A DNA stretch of 46,496 nucleotides from sequence record PQ850625.1; one strand, written 5' to 3'. The notes beneath the pieces were generated by a model. That model searched no databases. It was not told where the DNA came from and saw only the letters and a list, made by a program, of their open reading frames with translations. Source of the stretch: Escherichia phage SandraMuster_Bas78. Of this stretch, positions 32,564 through 42,357 are shown in pieces (the stretch's first letter is position 1; every line of letters begins with the position of its first letter). The translations under genes were made by a program, and so were the position numbers.

Positions 32564-34471
32564 ATGGCTACCACACCAACTAATAAACCAATTCCGTCAG
32601 AAGATCCTCGCGACCTTAAATTTAATGCAGGGAAAATCGACGAGGTGGTAACATCTAACGCGCATTACTACACCGACCGCTTCGGAGTTCGCCGGTTTAC
32701 TATCGCCGGTTTCCAATATACAGCAGAAGAAGCTATCCGTAATTATGGCTATATCACGATGGACAGTTTTGAGGATGGGGCGACACTGACGTTGCCTAAT
32801 CAGGTTCTGCGCTATGAGGCTACTGGCGAATATTACCGCTGGGACGGTGAATTTCCTAAAACTGTTTCTGCCGGCTCAACACCTGAAGCATCTGGCGGTG
32901 TTGGTATTGGTGCATGGGTTAGTGTTGGTGATGCTTCATTGCGCAGTGATTTGGCCCTAAGCACTGGCGCAGGGTTAGTTGGGACAACATCCGGCAGGAC
33001 CGTACAGGCAGAGTTTGACCATTTCAAAATAGGGTATATGACACCCGATGATTTCGGCGCGGTAGGTGATGGTGCCACCGACGACACCACGCCTTTGCAA
33101 CAGGCTATTGACTATTGTTCAAGCAACGGTATCGCGTTAAGAATCCCCGCAAAATCTTATGTTTGGAATGGCGGTATTATAACTTCACCCATAACAATAA
33201 TCGGTGACAGACGTCCAGATTACAATTTTAGCTCCAATTCTATGTCTAACGGGTCTGTCATAATTGGCAATTTAAGATTTTCCGCAAGCCAGGTGATTAT
33301 TAAGTCACTTGGTGTGCGTAGGCCTACAGGCTCCCCCGGAGATTGTCTGGTGTTATCGACCGATAACTATGCTGGTGGGTCTTGTATTGTTCAAGATGTA
33401 GTTGCCGCGGGCCTTTCCGGTTCGGACACGTACCACAGCGTTCTTGTTGAAGGCTACGATTCCGCGCATGTATCTCAAATAACTGGCGGTTATAATCTTT
33501 TTGGCCTCGCGATTAAGTCAAGAAACGTTGTTGCCAGAGGCGTAATAACCGTAAGCTGTGATACTGGCGTTATCATTAAATCTGATAGTGAGTTCAGCAC
33601 GGCAAAAAATGTGGTGCTGGACGGGCACATTAATGTCGGTAATGGTGTTTCTAGTCAAGGTGTTTGGATTTACAGCACAACCGCACAACTTGAGCGTATT
33701 ACCTGCGCAAACTTACAAAGCATCGATTCCGCTATACATATGCGGATTAAGTCCGAAAACGTAGCTAATGACGTGCAAATTGTTGGGGCAAATTATTCAG
33801 GATCTACTTATGCGGATGTGCTCGTCGAAGGCACTTCGGCTGGCACGTTGTACAATGTTAGTTTAGATAGTATAACCGCAGTAAATAGCCAGAAATTTAT
33901 GGCTGCAGGTTTCTGTGAACAACTGATGGTAACAGGATTCTATGGGTCCCTGAAACCTGGCGCTCCCGCCGATACTGCGTTTGAGGTTAGCGCCGCCGTA
34001 GGGCTTTTTAGCGGGTCAAATATCCAACTAGTCCGTCAATACAGCAGTGACCTAATGACAATAAATCTCGGTAACAGTTATCTTAATAATAGATTATCAT
34101 CTGTTAAGGCGAAAGTAATAGGAAACGGCAAACCTAGGCCGGGGTATAAAGAACAGAATCTTAGCGGCGCTGCGGCTACAATGATTGTTGGCGACAGTTT
34201 GGGGCCCTCTGGGGTTGTGTCTGTCACCGCGATATCCGCCGGCAGTTCATTCAGCAGTATTGCTATTAATGACGACCATGGTCAGCCGGTTAAGCCAGGT
34301 TTTCTTCTAATAATCCGAAACGCATCCGCTATCTCGTTCGTTATGAACCATAATCTAGGGCCTGGTGGAATCGCAAATAACGGGGCGGTTGGTAAGACCA
34401 TTGCGGGCGGAGGCACTATAATGTACGTTTTTGACGGGACGAATTGGCGTCAAACTCCATCTATAGCTTAA
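32564..34471 (+). CDS. tail fiber / tailspike with pectate-lyase-type beta-helix domain
   Basis: DFGAVGDGATDDTTPLQQAIDYC motif characteristic of pectate lyase superfamily (right-handed beta-helix) phage tailspikes; last structural gene. Confidence 0.6.
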   Translation: MATTPTNKPIPSEDPRDLKFNAGKIDEVVTSNAHYYTDRFGVRRFTIAGFQYTAEEAIRNYGYITMDSFEDGATLTLPNQVLRYEATGEYYRWDGEFPKTVSAGSTPEASGGVGIGAWVSVGDASLRSDLALSTGAGLVGTTSGRTVQAEFDHFKIGYMTPDDFGAVGDGATDDTTPLQQAIDYCSSNGIALRIPAKSYVWNGGIITSPITIIGDRRPDYNFSSNSMSNGSVIIGNLRFSASQVIIKSLGVRRPTGSPGDCLVLSTDNYAGGSCIVQDVVAAGLSGSDTYHSVLVEGYDSAHVSQITGGYNLFGLAIKSRNVVARGVITVSCDTGVIIKSDSEFSTAKNVVLDGHINVGNGVSSQGVWIYSTTAQLERITCANLQSIDSAIHMRIKSENVANDVQIVGANYSGSTYADVLVEGTSAGTLYNVSLDSITAVNSQKFMAAGFCEQLMVTGFYGSLKPGAPADTAFEVSAAVGLFSGSNIQLVRQYSSDLMTINLGNSYLNNRLSSVKAKVIGNGKPRPGYKEQNLSGAAATMIVGDSLGPSGVVSVTAISAGSSFSSIAINDDHGQPVKPGFLLIIRNASAISFVMNHNLGPGGIANNGAVGKTIAGGGTIMYVFDGTNWRQTPSIA

Positions 34472-34473
34472 AA

Positions 34474-34500
34474 CTAAGGCCCCGAAAGGGGCCTTTTATC
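34474..34500. terminator. bidirectional terminator between tail fiber and SSB genes
   Basis: AAGGCCCCGAAAGGGGCCTTTTATCTTT. Confidence 0.6.
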
Positions 34501-34512
34501 TTTGGTCACCAT

Positions 34513-34998
34513 TTAGAAGGGTATTGAATCATCGAAGTCTATCGGATGCTCATTGCCTCCTTGTATGCTTTGTTGTTTTTGCTGTTGTTGTTGCTGTTGC
34601 GATTGTTGGCCTGATTGCTGTCGTGGTTGCTGCTGACTGGAATCATCACGTTTACCACCAAGCATCTGCATAACGCCGCCCACCTGTGGAATAACAATCT
34701 CAGTGGTGTATCGGTCTACGCCATTGCTGTCAGTCCACTTACGAGTGCGTAGCTGACCTTCGATATAAACCTGCGATCCTTTGCGAAGGTATTCTCCTGC
34801 AACTTCTGCAAGTTTCCCGAAGATGACAACGCGATGCCATTCAGTTTGCTCTTTCTTTTCTCCTGTTTGCTTGTCCTTCCACTGTTCAGATGTTGCAACA
34901 GAAAGATTGGCAATTGCAGAGCCTGATGCTGAATATTTAACTTCAGGGTCGTTGCCGAGAGTGCCGACAATAATTACTTTATTTACGCCGCGTGCCAT
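34513..34998 (-). CDS. ssb: single-stranded DNA-binding protein
   Basis: OB-fold N-terminal region typical of bacterial/phage SSB, Gln-rich linker, acidic C-terminal tip DFDDSIPF. Confidence 0.93.
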   Translation of the reverse strand: MARGVNKVIIVGTLGNDPEVKYSASGSAIANLSVATSEQWKDKQTGEKKEQTEWHRVVIFGKLAEVAGEYLRKGSQVYIEGQLRTRKWTDSNGVDRYTTEIVIPQVGGVMQMLGGKRDDSSQQQPRQQSGQQSQQQQQQQKQQSIQGGNEHPIDFDDSIPF

Positions 34999-35001
34999 TT
35001 A

Positions 35002-36057
35002 TTAAAATCCTTCAATTGGAGTTGGTTTGTGTTCTGTTTTTTCTTCCTGCGGTTCTGGCTGCTGTGGTTGCGGTTTAGCCAGTTTTGCAGGATTGAAATT
35101 ATCCTGCGGAGTTATTACCACAGGAGATAATTGCTCATCATTGATAAAAGACTCAATGCGATCATATTCAGCGGCAGAAGCAGCCAGAGAAGGCCAGATT
35201 GCGCGAATTTTATCTTTCAGGTTATCAGGTATTGATTTTGCTTCTTCCTTCAGGCCTTCCATGCCTTTTGCTGCAGAAAGCTGAAGTCTTGAGCGCCATG
35301 ACTCAAACTCTTCGTCAACTTTAACTCCAGAGTCCACCCATTTGATGAGTCCGCGACCATGCGCCTCGCCAATGTATCCATGACGAACACTTTCACGACC
35401 AGACTCAAAGAAGATTGGGCGTAGTTCTTCTGGTAATTTGGTGAACTCCTGGATTTTTCCTCCATCGTGCATCATCATGCTCACGGTCATCTCGAACATG
35501 AAATCTTTCTCGCACACTGGCTGCAAACCAAGAGACACAGGTTCCTTCGGGTTTGCGAAATCAGTTTTCTGACGGGCGCGAAGGCATACAATGATATGCA
35601 TATTGCTTTGCAGCATGGCGTTCATGAACTTCTTGTGTTCAGCTTTGGCGCGCTTCCAGTCAGCCATCTTTTTACCGTTAAGCAGCGGCTTTTCAGCAAT
35701 CTCCGTGCAACTGCCTTCACCTTCCCATTCATGCGAACCTGAATCAATAACAAGAACCTTAACGCCGGCAGCCTGAAACTCTTCAATGGCCTGACGGTAA
35801 CGGGCCGGGCTGAATGGAGCATACATATCAGCGTGCAGGAATTTGCCATCAAGGATGTTTGAGTACAGGCGACCGCGACCGTTTTCAGTATCAAGGAATC
35901 CGATTTCTTCTGGTGAATCAACCATCCCGCGAGCCAGCTTAAGTGCGCTATATGTTTTGCCGCTACCTGACTGGCCTGAAATGCCGATGACCACGCGAGA
36001 ACCTGAACGCTCTGCTGGTTTAATATTGAGAATACCCATTTGCATTACCTCACTCAA
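35002..36057 (-). CDS. RecA-fold ATPase, Sak4-like (AAA_24) recombination protein
   Basis: Walker A GISGQSGSGKT near N-terminus; adjacent to SSB and exonuclease; long Pro/Glu/Gln-rich C-terminal extension. Confidence 0.55.
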   Translation of the reverse strand: MSEVMQMGILNIKPAERSGSRVVIGISGQSGSGKTYSALKLARGMVDSPEEIGFLDTENGRGRLYSNILDGKFLHADMYAPFSPARYRQAIEEFQAAGVKVLVIDSGSHEWEGEGSCTEIAEKPLLNGKKMADWKRAKAEHKKFMNAMLQSNMHIIVCLRARQKTDFANPKEPVSLGLQPVCEKDFMFEMTVSMMMHDGGKIQEFTKLPEELRPIFFESGRESVRHGYIGEAHGRGLIKWVDSGVKVDEEFESWRSRLQLSAAKGMEGLKEEAKSIPDNLKDKIRAIWPSLAASAAEYDRIESFINDEQLSPVVITPQDNFNPAKLAKPQPQQPEPQEEKTEHKPTPIEGF

Positions 36058-36247
36058 ATTCTACAAAATCACCACCAACCATTTCGACGATAATGAATCC
36101 AGATTCATCATCATATGTTGCCTGCCATATAGCTCCAGTTTCGTCGCTTATGTTAAAGGTACCACCAAAAAAGTCAGCGCTATACCACTCATCTTCTTTA
36201 AATCTTTTGCTTGTTGAGCTTGCACAAAATAATTTCATTTGCATCAC
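36050..36247 (-). CDS. hypothetical protein
   Basis: Track ORF between exonuclease and ATPase genes. Confidence 0.4.
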   Translation of the reverse strand: MMQMKLFCASSTSKRFKEDEWYSADFFGGTFNISDETGAIWQATYDDESGFIIVEMVGGDFVEFE

Positions 36248-36255
36248 CTCACTAA

Positions 36256-37200
36256 TTATAAATTAAACTGTTTTTTGAACCATTCAGGCGTTTCCATTTC
36301 TATGACAGGATTACCCATTGAATAACCGGGCCACGAATTGGCTTTTTTGCACGCCTTGTAAATTTCCATAGCGCCATGCAACTGAATTCGACCGATGCGT
36401 AATTGCTCTTCAGTCAAGCGAATTAACGCAGGAATAAATGGTGCTTTCTTTTCCTGAACGAGAAGATTAACAGAGCGTGGCGCATGACCATATGCCGCAA
36501 CAAACATGTCGTGCTGCATCGCCATTTTCATAAAGTACCCAAGTCTCGCAGCATGACGGAAAAACTCTTCTGGCTTGGCGCTCACCGCTGTTTTGTAGTC
36601 GATGATGTCGCCACCTTTGGTAAGGCAGTCAAAGCGAACTTTTGCCTTCTCTCCGTTAAGTTCACCTAGAATTGACACTTCAGCATAAGCACCAGCGAGA
36701 AGACTGCTGTAATAGCTGTTTGCGTGGATTACAGCACGCATTTGCTGAATAGCGTCATAATCACCACCTTCCAGCATTTGCTTTCCTACAGCAGCTTTTT
36801 CAGCCTCTTCACGGATGACATCGTAAATTTTCACTGGCTCGCCAGTCGCCTGGATGATTTTGATCACCTCAGCTTTCGACTTTCCTGAAAGTCCTTTGAT
36901 GCCTCGTTCTTTTGCCCATGAGTTCATATCACTTACAGTAACAAGCAGGTCATCACCAAAATCTTCTTTGGTTGGCATTCGTGCATATTCAGCATCAAAA
37001 CGCTCTGGTTCAAGCAACGCAGTATGGCTACCTGTACCGAATATAAGAGCTTTTGATTGCTCATCCTCTTCGTCTTTGTATCGCCATGCTGCTGGGCATC
37101 TGTCAAGTATATTCCATAATCCAGAACCATTAATGTGCTCTGTGTCAGCATGATAATCCTGATTGCTTAATTCATTGTTGAAATAAACTCTCATCATCAC
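36256..37200 (-). CDS. PD-(D/E)XK family exonuclease (RecB/Cas4/YqaJ-like)
   Basis: C-terminal GGDIIDYKT (D...D/ExK core) and recombination-module context. Confidence 0.55.
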   Translation of the reverse strand: MMMRVYFNNELSNQDYHADTEHINGSGLWNILDRCPAAWRYKDEEDEQSKALIFGTGSHTALLEPERFDAEYARMPTKEDFGDDLLVTVSDMNSWAKERGIKGLSGKSKAEVIKIIQATGEPVKIYDVIREEAEKAAVGKQMLEGGDYDAIQQMRAVIHANSYYSSLLAGAYAEVSILGELNGEKAKVRFDCLTKGGDIIDYKTAVSAKPEEFFRHAARLGYFMKMAMQHDMFVAAYGHAPRSVNLLVQEKKAPFIPALIRLTEEQLRIGRIQLHGAMEIYKACKKANSWPGYSMGNPVIEMETPEWFKKQFNL

Positions 37201-37823
37201 TCTCCGTGGTTACAGAATTCTTTATGCATCTTTTCTCTGAATTTCATCACAGACAACCTCGCTCTCTCAATATCATTGAATAACCCAAGATGGTATCTTT
37301 TCCCGTTAACATCACAGTAAGCCTGCCACTTTTTAACCTGTTTTTGCCAATATACACCTTTAACTCCTGATGTGTTATTTTTTGGTTTTTTAGCGTTATA
37401 CTGGTTCTGCATATTTGTTGCGATTCTTAAGTTGCAAATCCTGTTATCGTCACGCACGCAGTTAATGTGATCAATTTGACCTTCAGGCCAGAAACCATAA
37501 TAAATCAACCATGCCAAGCGATGCGCGTAGTATCTTTTATTATTTATGCTTATCTCTATGTATCCGTTATGTTTTTTCCTGCCAGCGACACTACCCTTTC
37601 TTATACCTCCACCCGTCTTATTTCTAATGAAAACCCCCGTTTCAGGGTTGTAATTTAAGCTATCCAAAACAACATCACGTGGTATTCTTTTTCTTCCTCC
37701 TATGGTGTTTGACTCTGCACTTCCCTGAGCAAAATCTTGCTTTTGCAGTTCCGATAAACTCATTTCCACAAACCTCGCACTTCTTAACGGTGATAGCCAT
37801 TTCTTATCCTCTATTGTAATCAT
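37197..37823 (-). CDS. HNH endonuclease with AP2 domain
   Basis: HRLAWLIYYGFWPEGQIDHINCVRDDNRICNLR and SGVKGVYW...KWQA; paralog of 11693..12205; 5' end lies in 131 bp repeat shared with gene at 40224..40997. Confidence 0.7.
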   Translation of the reverse strand: MITIEDKKWLSPLRSARFVEMSLSELQKQDFAQGSAESNTIGGRKRIPRDVVLDSLNYNPETGVFIRNKTGGGIRKGSVAGRKKHNGYIEISINNKRYYAHRLAWLIYYGFWPEGQIDHINCVRDDNRICNLRIATNMQNQYNAKKPKNNTSGVKGVYWQKQVKKWQAYCDVNGKRYHLGLFNDIERARLSVMKFREKMHKEFCNHGE

Positions 37824-37868
37824 TTACCGTTACATTGCAAGTAACTTTTATTTGTTACTAACGATACA

Positions 37869-38309
37869 TTAATCTACGTCATCCAGCAAGCCAAAATAGA
37901 AAAGTGTGGCTTTTTTTAGTTCATCAAGACCGTAAGCGATGGCTGCATAATGACCAAGCCTGCACATCTCTGTTAGAACTGCTGATTGATCCTTGCTCAC
38001 TCTGCTCTTACTTTTGTCACGGCGCTTTGCCTCAATCATTCCGCAGCAGTGGTTCGCACCCGGAGTCATTATTACGTTATCGCCTATTCCAGGCTTAACC
38101 CCCATCTTCTGGCGCTTCAGTACGAACTGGACGCGGCTGGATGTTCCTGTTTCATTCGGGACGTGAAACCATAGCACATCAGGGAAACAGTGTTGCATCC
38201 ATGTTCCATAACCCATCTGGTCAGTCTCCTCTTTTGGGCATTCGCCGCGATAACCGCTATCAAATACCCATATACCGCTATCAAGCTGCTTCACTTTGTT
38301 CTCCTGCAA
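37869..38309 (-). CDS. VRR-NUC-like nuclease
   Basis: GDNVIMTPG...GMIEAKRRDKSKSRVSKDQ consistent with a D...E.K...Q VRR-NUC core; immediately downstream of helicase, a common pairing. Confidence 0.5.
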   Translation of the reverse strand: MQENKVKQLDSGIWVFDSGYRGECPKEETDQMGYGTWMQHCFPDVLWFHVPNETGTSSRVQFVLKRQKMGVKPGIGDNVIMTPGANHCCGMIEAKRRDKSKSRVSKDQSAVLTEMCRLGHYAAIAYGLDELKKATLFYFGLLDDVD

Positions 38310-40215
38310 AATCTTTTCTATGGATTATGTCGCGACCTTTATCATTAATGCGATGAGTGATGCGTTTTGGCGCTTTAATCAATCCAGCATACATCATGAA
38401 CTGCTTAGCATTCTGGCATTTCAGGATTTTCCCCGCCATTGACTTATCATCAAGGTGAGGAAAAATAGCCTTTGCCTTGAACATGTTTTTCATGTGAGTC
38501 GCACCGCCATATGGGTAGAAAACTTCGTTAGCCCAGCCTTCTTTGCCATCACAACGATTAATCCAGTAGCGATACAAAATACCTTCTCCATCCTTTGTTA
38601 GCTGGACTTTGAAATCAATAACATCAGCCCACTCATTATCGGTATACGCACGCTCATTCAGCGCCGCATTCGGGTCGCGCAACACGTGATCGCAATGCCG
38701 GCAATAACGCGCGGTAGGGTCATTTTTAGTCCCGCAGCCATCATCAAAAATACGGATTCCGTGCTTATCAAAACCGCAACGGATGTAACTGAAAAACTCT
38801 TCGCAACGACCATCTGGAGATAGTGGGTCTTTTCCTATGCAACGGCGCGCATATGGGCTGTTCATTGTTCCGCACTTAGGACACGGAACCTGTTCACCAC
38901 TGCGTTTTGAACGTTGTGCTTCAGCCTCTTCCAGAATCGGGTCTTCATACAGTTGACCAAGCTCAAACATCGTTCCTGAGAAATCAAGGACCAGATGGTC
39001 TTCTTTATGATACCCGGCGTCAATTTGCTCTTTCTTCAGCAGGCGCATACCGCGACCAAGCAACTGAACAAGAAGGGTGAGTGACATTATTTTTCGTAAT
39101 ATCACGCTTGTATCCCAAAGCGGGATATTGACGCCAGTCGTCAAACAACCAATCTGGAAAACATATTTAATCTTGCCAGTGTATGCGTCTTTTAACGCCT
39201 TGCGTCTGGCTTTCTGTCCCATATCCTCGGTGACGATAGCGTAACTTCCTTCGGGTAAATATTTAGATGCCTCCTGACAGTGTTTTTTACCTGCGCATGT
39301 AATTAGTACGCCATTTCTGTTTTTTGTCAGCTCCATAACCTTGAGCATGATTTTCTGCGTGAGTGTCCCTTGCTCAAGTATTTCTTTCTGCATCTGCTTG
39401 AGTTGCTCGGCAGTAAAGTCTTGTGTACCGTCAACATCTGAACCATGGAAGTTATGCAGGTCATATTTCAAATCATCAACATCATGAAGACCAAAGATTG
39501 TTGGCACAACAAAACCGCGATCTACCATGTACTTTGTATCAATGTTTATTATTTCATTTTTCCAGTACGCACCTTTCATTGATTCAGTACCACGGAATGG
39601 GCTGCCGGTGAATCCAATTGTTATCATTTCATGCCCATATCTTGCCTTGCAGCGCCTATTAAGTTCAGTAAGTATTGCGCCATATTGTGTTGTTGGATTA
39701 TCACTAATAATATCCTGCCATGGAGCTTGATGGGACTCATCGATCAGGCAAAATCTTGGGGTAAAATCACTCAATCCACCTTTCTTAACGTCACCGTTTG
39801 ATTCATCTTTTTTATCAAAAAGTGCGTTCGCGATTGTTCCTTCAGTACCGCATATAATAGGGTATGCTGTACTTTTCCTGCCAAGAGATGCGCTATAAAG
39901 AGAATTTTTTACACCGCACTCCCACATCATCTCAGCATTCTGCTCAGCTATCTCCCCCTGTCTTGAAATTACAAGCCCATCCCATCCCATATCCTGAAAT
40001 CTACTGCAAAGCATTGAAATCATCACTGTCTTTCCTGATGAAACCGACGCTGTAACATAGCTTGGCTCAGGTTTCTTTCCAAAATTACGAATAACCTCAG
40101 CGCACTTTGCGTAAACAAGCCATTGGTAATCATATGGCTCTATGGAGCCTAGTTTTATTGATTTCTTTAAGTTACCTATATCAATTTCTGAAATCATCTT
40201 GTCTATTTTGTGCAT
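38281..40215 (-). CDS. DExH-box superfamily 2 DNA helicase with C-terminal zinc ribbons
   Basis: Motif I SSGKT, motif II CLIDESH, and C-terminal CPKCG...CRHCD cysteine pairs. Confidence 0.85.
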   Translation of the reverse strand: MHKIDKMISEIDIGNLKKSIKLGSIEPYDYQWLVYAKCAEVIRNFGKKPEPSYVTASVSSGKTVMISMLCSRFQDMGWDGLVISRQGEIAEQNAEMMWECGVKNSLYSASLGRKSTAYPIICGTEGTIANALFDKKDESNGDVKKGGLSDFTPRFCLIDESHQAPWQDIISDNPTTQYGAILTELNRRCKARYGHEMITIGFTGSPFRGTESMKGAYWKNEIINIDTKYMVDRGFVVPTIFGLHDVDDLKYDLHNFHGSDVDGTQDFTAEQLKQMQKEILEQGTLTQKIMLKVMELTKNRNGVLITCAGKKHCQEASKYLPEGSYAIVTEDMGQKARRKALKDAYTGKIKYVFQIGCLTTGVNIPLWDTSVILRKIMSLTLLVQLLGRGMRLLKKEQIDAGYHKEDHLVLDFSGTMFELGQLYEDPILEEAEAQRSKRSGEQVPCPKCGTMNSPYARRCIGKDPLSPDGRCEEFFSYIRCGFDKHGIRIFDDGCGTKNDPTARYCRHCDHVLRDPNAALNERAYTDNEWADVIDFKVQLTKDGEGILYRYWINRCDGKEGWANEVFYPYGGATHMKNMFKAKAIFPHLDDKSMAGKILKCQNAKQFMMYAGLIKAPKRITHRINDKGRDIIHRKDFAGEQSEAA

Positions 40216-40223
40216 TTCATCAC

Positions 40224-40997
40224 CTATGGCATGTCAGGCCAATAAGAGTTGCTTTTAGATCTGTTTTCACTTGGTGCAAGTAATTGTAAGTTATGCCAGC
40301 AGTGAAGGCCGCAAACCAATTTACTATTTATTGGCACTATGTGATCAACTTGCATACCAAGAACGCCAGCCATCTCATAAACCTTTTCAATTAAAACCCT
40401 TTCATGTTCAAACCATGATGGTATCGCCCGTCTTTTAAGATACTTATATTTACGCTGATGATATCTAACAACACCATTGTTTTTCTGTCTCCACTGTTTT
40501 GACTTCTCGTTGTGCTTTTCCTTGTTTTCATTGTAATACTTCTTTGATTTTGCGTTTATCTTGTTCTTATTTGCTGCGTAATTACCTTTCTTGAACTCTG
40601 ATTGGCACTTCTTACATTCAGGCCTAAGACCATCAAGTGATGATTTGTTTTTATTGAAGTTTTCTTCATTTGCATCAAGAACTGAGTTGCATTTAGAGCA
40701 TACTTTCCTTCCATCAACAAGATATCTCAGCCTTTTACCTTTGTTTCCATCGCATGATTTACAATGAGATTTTAAACCAAGCCTCATCTTCTTATCTGAG
40801 TAGAAGTAATCACTTGTTGCAGGAAGCATTAAATTGCATCTTGAGCATTTCTTTTTTGTCCCTGTGCTTGCGCAACCTGCACTTTCCTGAGCAACATTTT
40901 GCTTTTGCAGTTCCGATAAACTCATTTCCGCAAACCTCGCACTTCTTAACGGTGATAGCCATTTCTTGTCCTCTATTGTAACGATTAATTGTTTCAT
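40224..40997 (-). CDS. HNH endonuclease with N-terminal zinc-ribbon repeats
   Basis: C-terminal QVDHIVPI...CGLHCWHNLQLLAPSEN (HNH) and multiple CxxC pairs upstream; N-terminus shares repeat with 37197..37823. Confidence 0.65.
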   Translation of the reverse strand: MKQLIVTIEDKKWLSPLRSARFAEMSLSELQKQNVAQESAGCASTGTKKKCSRCNLMLPATSDYFYSDKKMRLGLKSHCKSCDGNKGKRLRYLVDGRKVCSKCNSVLDANEENFNKNKSSLDGLRPECKKCQSEFKKGNYAANKNKINAKSKKYYNENKEKHNEKSKQWRQKNNGVVRYHQRKYKYLKRRAIPSWFEHERVLIEKVYEMAGVLGMQVDHIVPINSKLVCGLHCWHNLQLLAPSENRSKSNSYWPDMP

Positions 40998-41069
40998 TGC
41001 AAGTAACGATTGATTGTTTCATGTGAGTAAATTACAATGATTCTACATCATCGTCAACAGGAAGATTTT

Positions 41070-42023
41070 ATGAGATACGACTGGAAAGATATTGAGCCAA
41101 AAATGCTTGGCAATTGGCAAGCTGCCATCATGTCTATCGTCAATGTGGATAGCAGAGTTTTCAATGGCAAGCACCAGCCATGCCCTCATTGCATGGGGGT
41201 TGACCGGTTCCGTTGGGATAATCACTTCGAAACAAAAGGCGATGGCGGCGCAATCTGCAATCAGTGCGGTTCCGGCAGCGGCATGAATTGGCTGATGAAA
41301 CTCTCCGGAATGAGCTTTCCTGAAGCGCTGGAGGCACTTGGTGGATTCCTGAATATGCACCCGCGTGAAAAGCTGGAGGCAATCAGGAAAGAGCTACCGA
41401 AGATAAATCACAGCGATGACTTCATCACCGAGCAGGAAGTCGCAGCAATCATGGCTAAAACGACTCGTGTCGCGATGAATGAGTGGACTTTGATAAATGG
41501 TATTGGTTGCGACGTTAACGTCACCAGAGGCAAATCTGGAGAACTTATTGCGGTTGAGATGATGCGAGCTGACACAATGAAACTGTGCAACGTGGCATTC
41601 ATTGGCATGGATGGTGATTCAATCAGAACGTTTTTCCGCGCAGGATACAACAAGGACTCAGCCATCAACGGCAAACTCACGCGCGGCGCGATAAGCCCAA
41701 TCGGAGAAGACAACGGGAAGTTCATTTACCTGGTATCTGATTATGCCGATGCGTGGAAGTGCCATTACTTCACTGGCGCGCATGTCTGGTGCTGCTGGTC
41801 GCCGGAAAACATGTGGGAAGTGGTGCGCTCTGTTAGCAATGAGATGAAGTCACGGTTACGCTGCATAGTTAATTATAAATTTGACGAACTTTGCGCTGCG
41901 GAAAACGCAGGGATTCCGGTGATGCTTCCTGATGATGCCGACACTATCAGGATGGCAAAGAGAATCAGGAGAAAGATTTATGACGCTGGCGAGTTGATAG
42001 AGAAAATGTCAGTTAGAAGATAA
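41070..42023 (+). CDS. putative DNA primase (zinc-ribbon plus Toprim-like region)
   Basis: ATG at 41070 with CAGGAAG RBS inside track ORF 41037..42023; CPHCMGVDRFRWD...CNQCGSGSGM resembles the zinc-binding domain of P4/T7-type primases. Confidence 0.5.
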   Translation: MRYDWKDIEPKMLGNWQAAIMSIVNVDSRVFNGKHQPCPHCMGVDRFRWDNHFETKGDGGAICNQCGSGSGMNWLMKLSGMSFPEALEALGGFLNMHPREKLEAIRKELPKINHSDDFITEQEVAAIMAKTTRVAMNEWTLINGIGCDVNVTRGKSGELIAVEMMRADTMKLCNVAFIGMDGDSIRTFFRAGYNKDSAINGKLTRGAISPIGEDNGKFIYLVSDYADAWKCHYFTGAHVWCCWSPENMWEVVRSVSNEMKSRLRCIVNYKFDELCAAENAGIPVMLPDDADTIRMAKRIRRKIYDAGELIEKMSVRR

Positions 42024-42025
42024 AA

Positions 42026-42052
42026 GAAACCCTCCGACTGGAGGGTTTTTGT
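42026..42052. terminator. bidirectional terminator
   Basis: AAACCCTCCGACTGGAGGGTTTTTGTT. Confidence 0.6.
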
Positions 42053-42357
42053 TATGCTTTGATGTTAACTTTTATTGCGAACACTTCCACCGGGTCAGGA
42101 CCGAAATGTGGGTGGGTGATGGTCTTAACCGTCCATCCATCGTATGGGATATCAATACGCCTGGATTTATCGTCCTTCTTTGGATATCCTTTTGTGATAA
42201 TTAACCTTTCGTACTTCCTTCCAATCTGTCCGCTATCTTTAAAGTTAATAAGGCGCTTCTTCCAGTAGTCATTAAAAAGGCGATACTCTTCCGTTTTATC
42301 TCCGCGAATCATGGCATCGAAGTATTCACCTTTGACGGCAAGTTGCAGGTTAGCCAT
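42052..42357 (-). CDS. possible ASCH/PUA-like domain protein
   Basis: Internal ATG (MANLQLAVKGEYFDAMIRGDKTEEYRL) of track ORF 42052..42390; pattern resembles ASCH domain N-terminus; low confidence. Confidence 0.35.
   Translation of the reverse strand: MANLQLAVKGEYFDAMIRGDKTEEYRLFNDYWKKRLINFKDSGQIGRKYERLIITKGYPKKDDKSRRIDIPYDGWTVKTITHPHFGPDPVEVFAIKVNIKA

Noticed and set aside
41037-41069. Upstream start codon for the primase-like gene
   Set aside because: The first 11 codons of the track ORF run through the conserved TCTACATCA / CGTCAACAGG regulatory motif; ATG at 41070 has a proper CAGGAAG RBS
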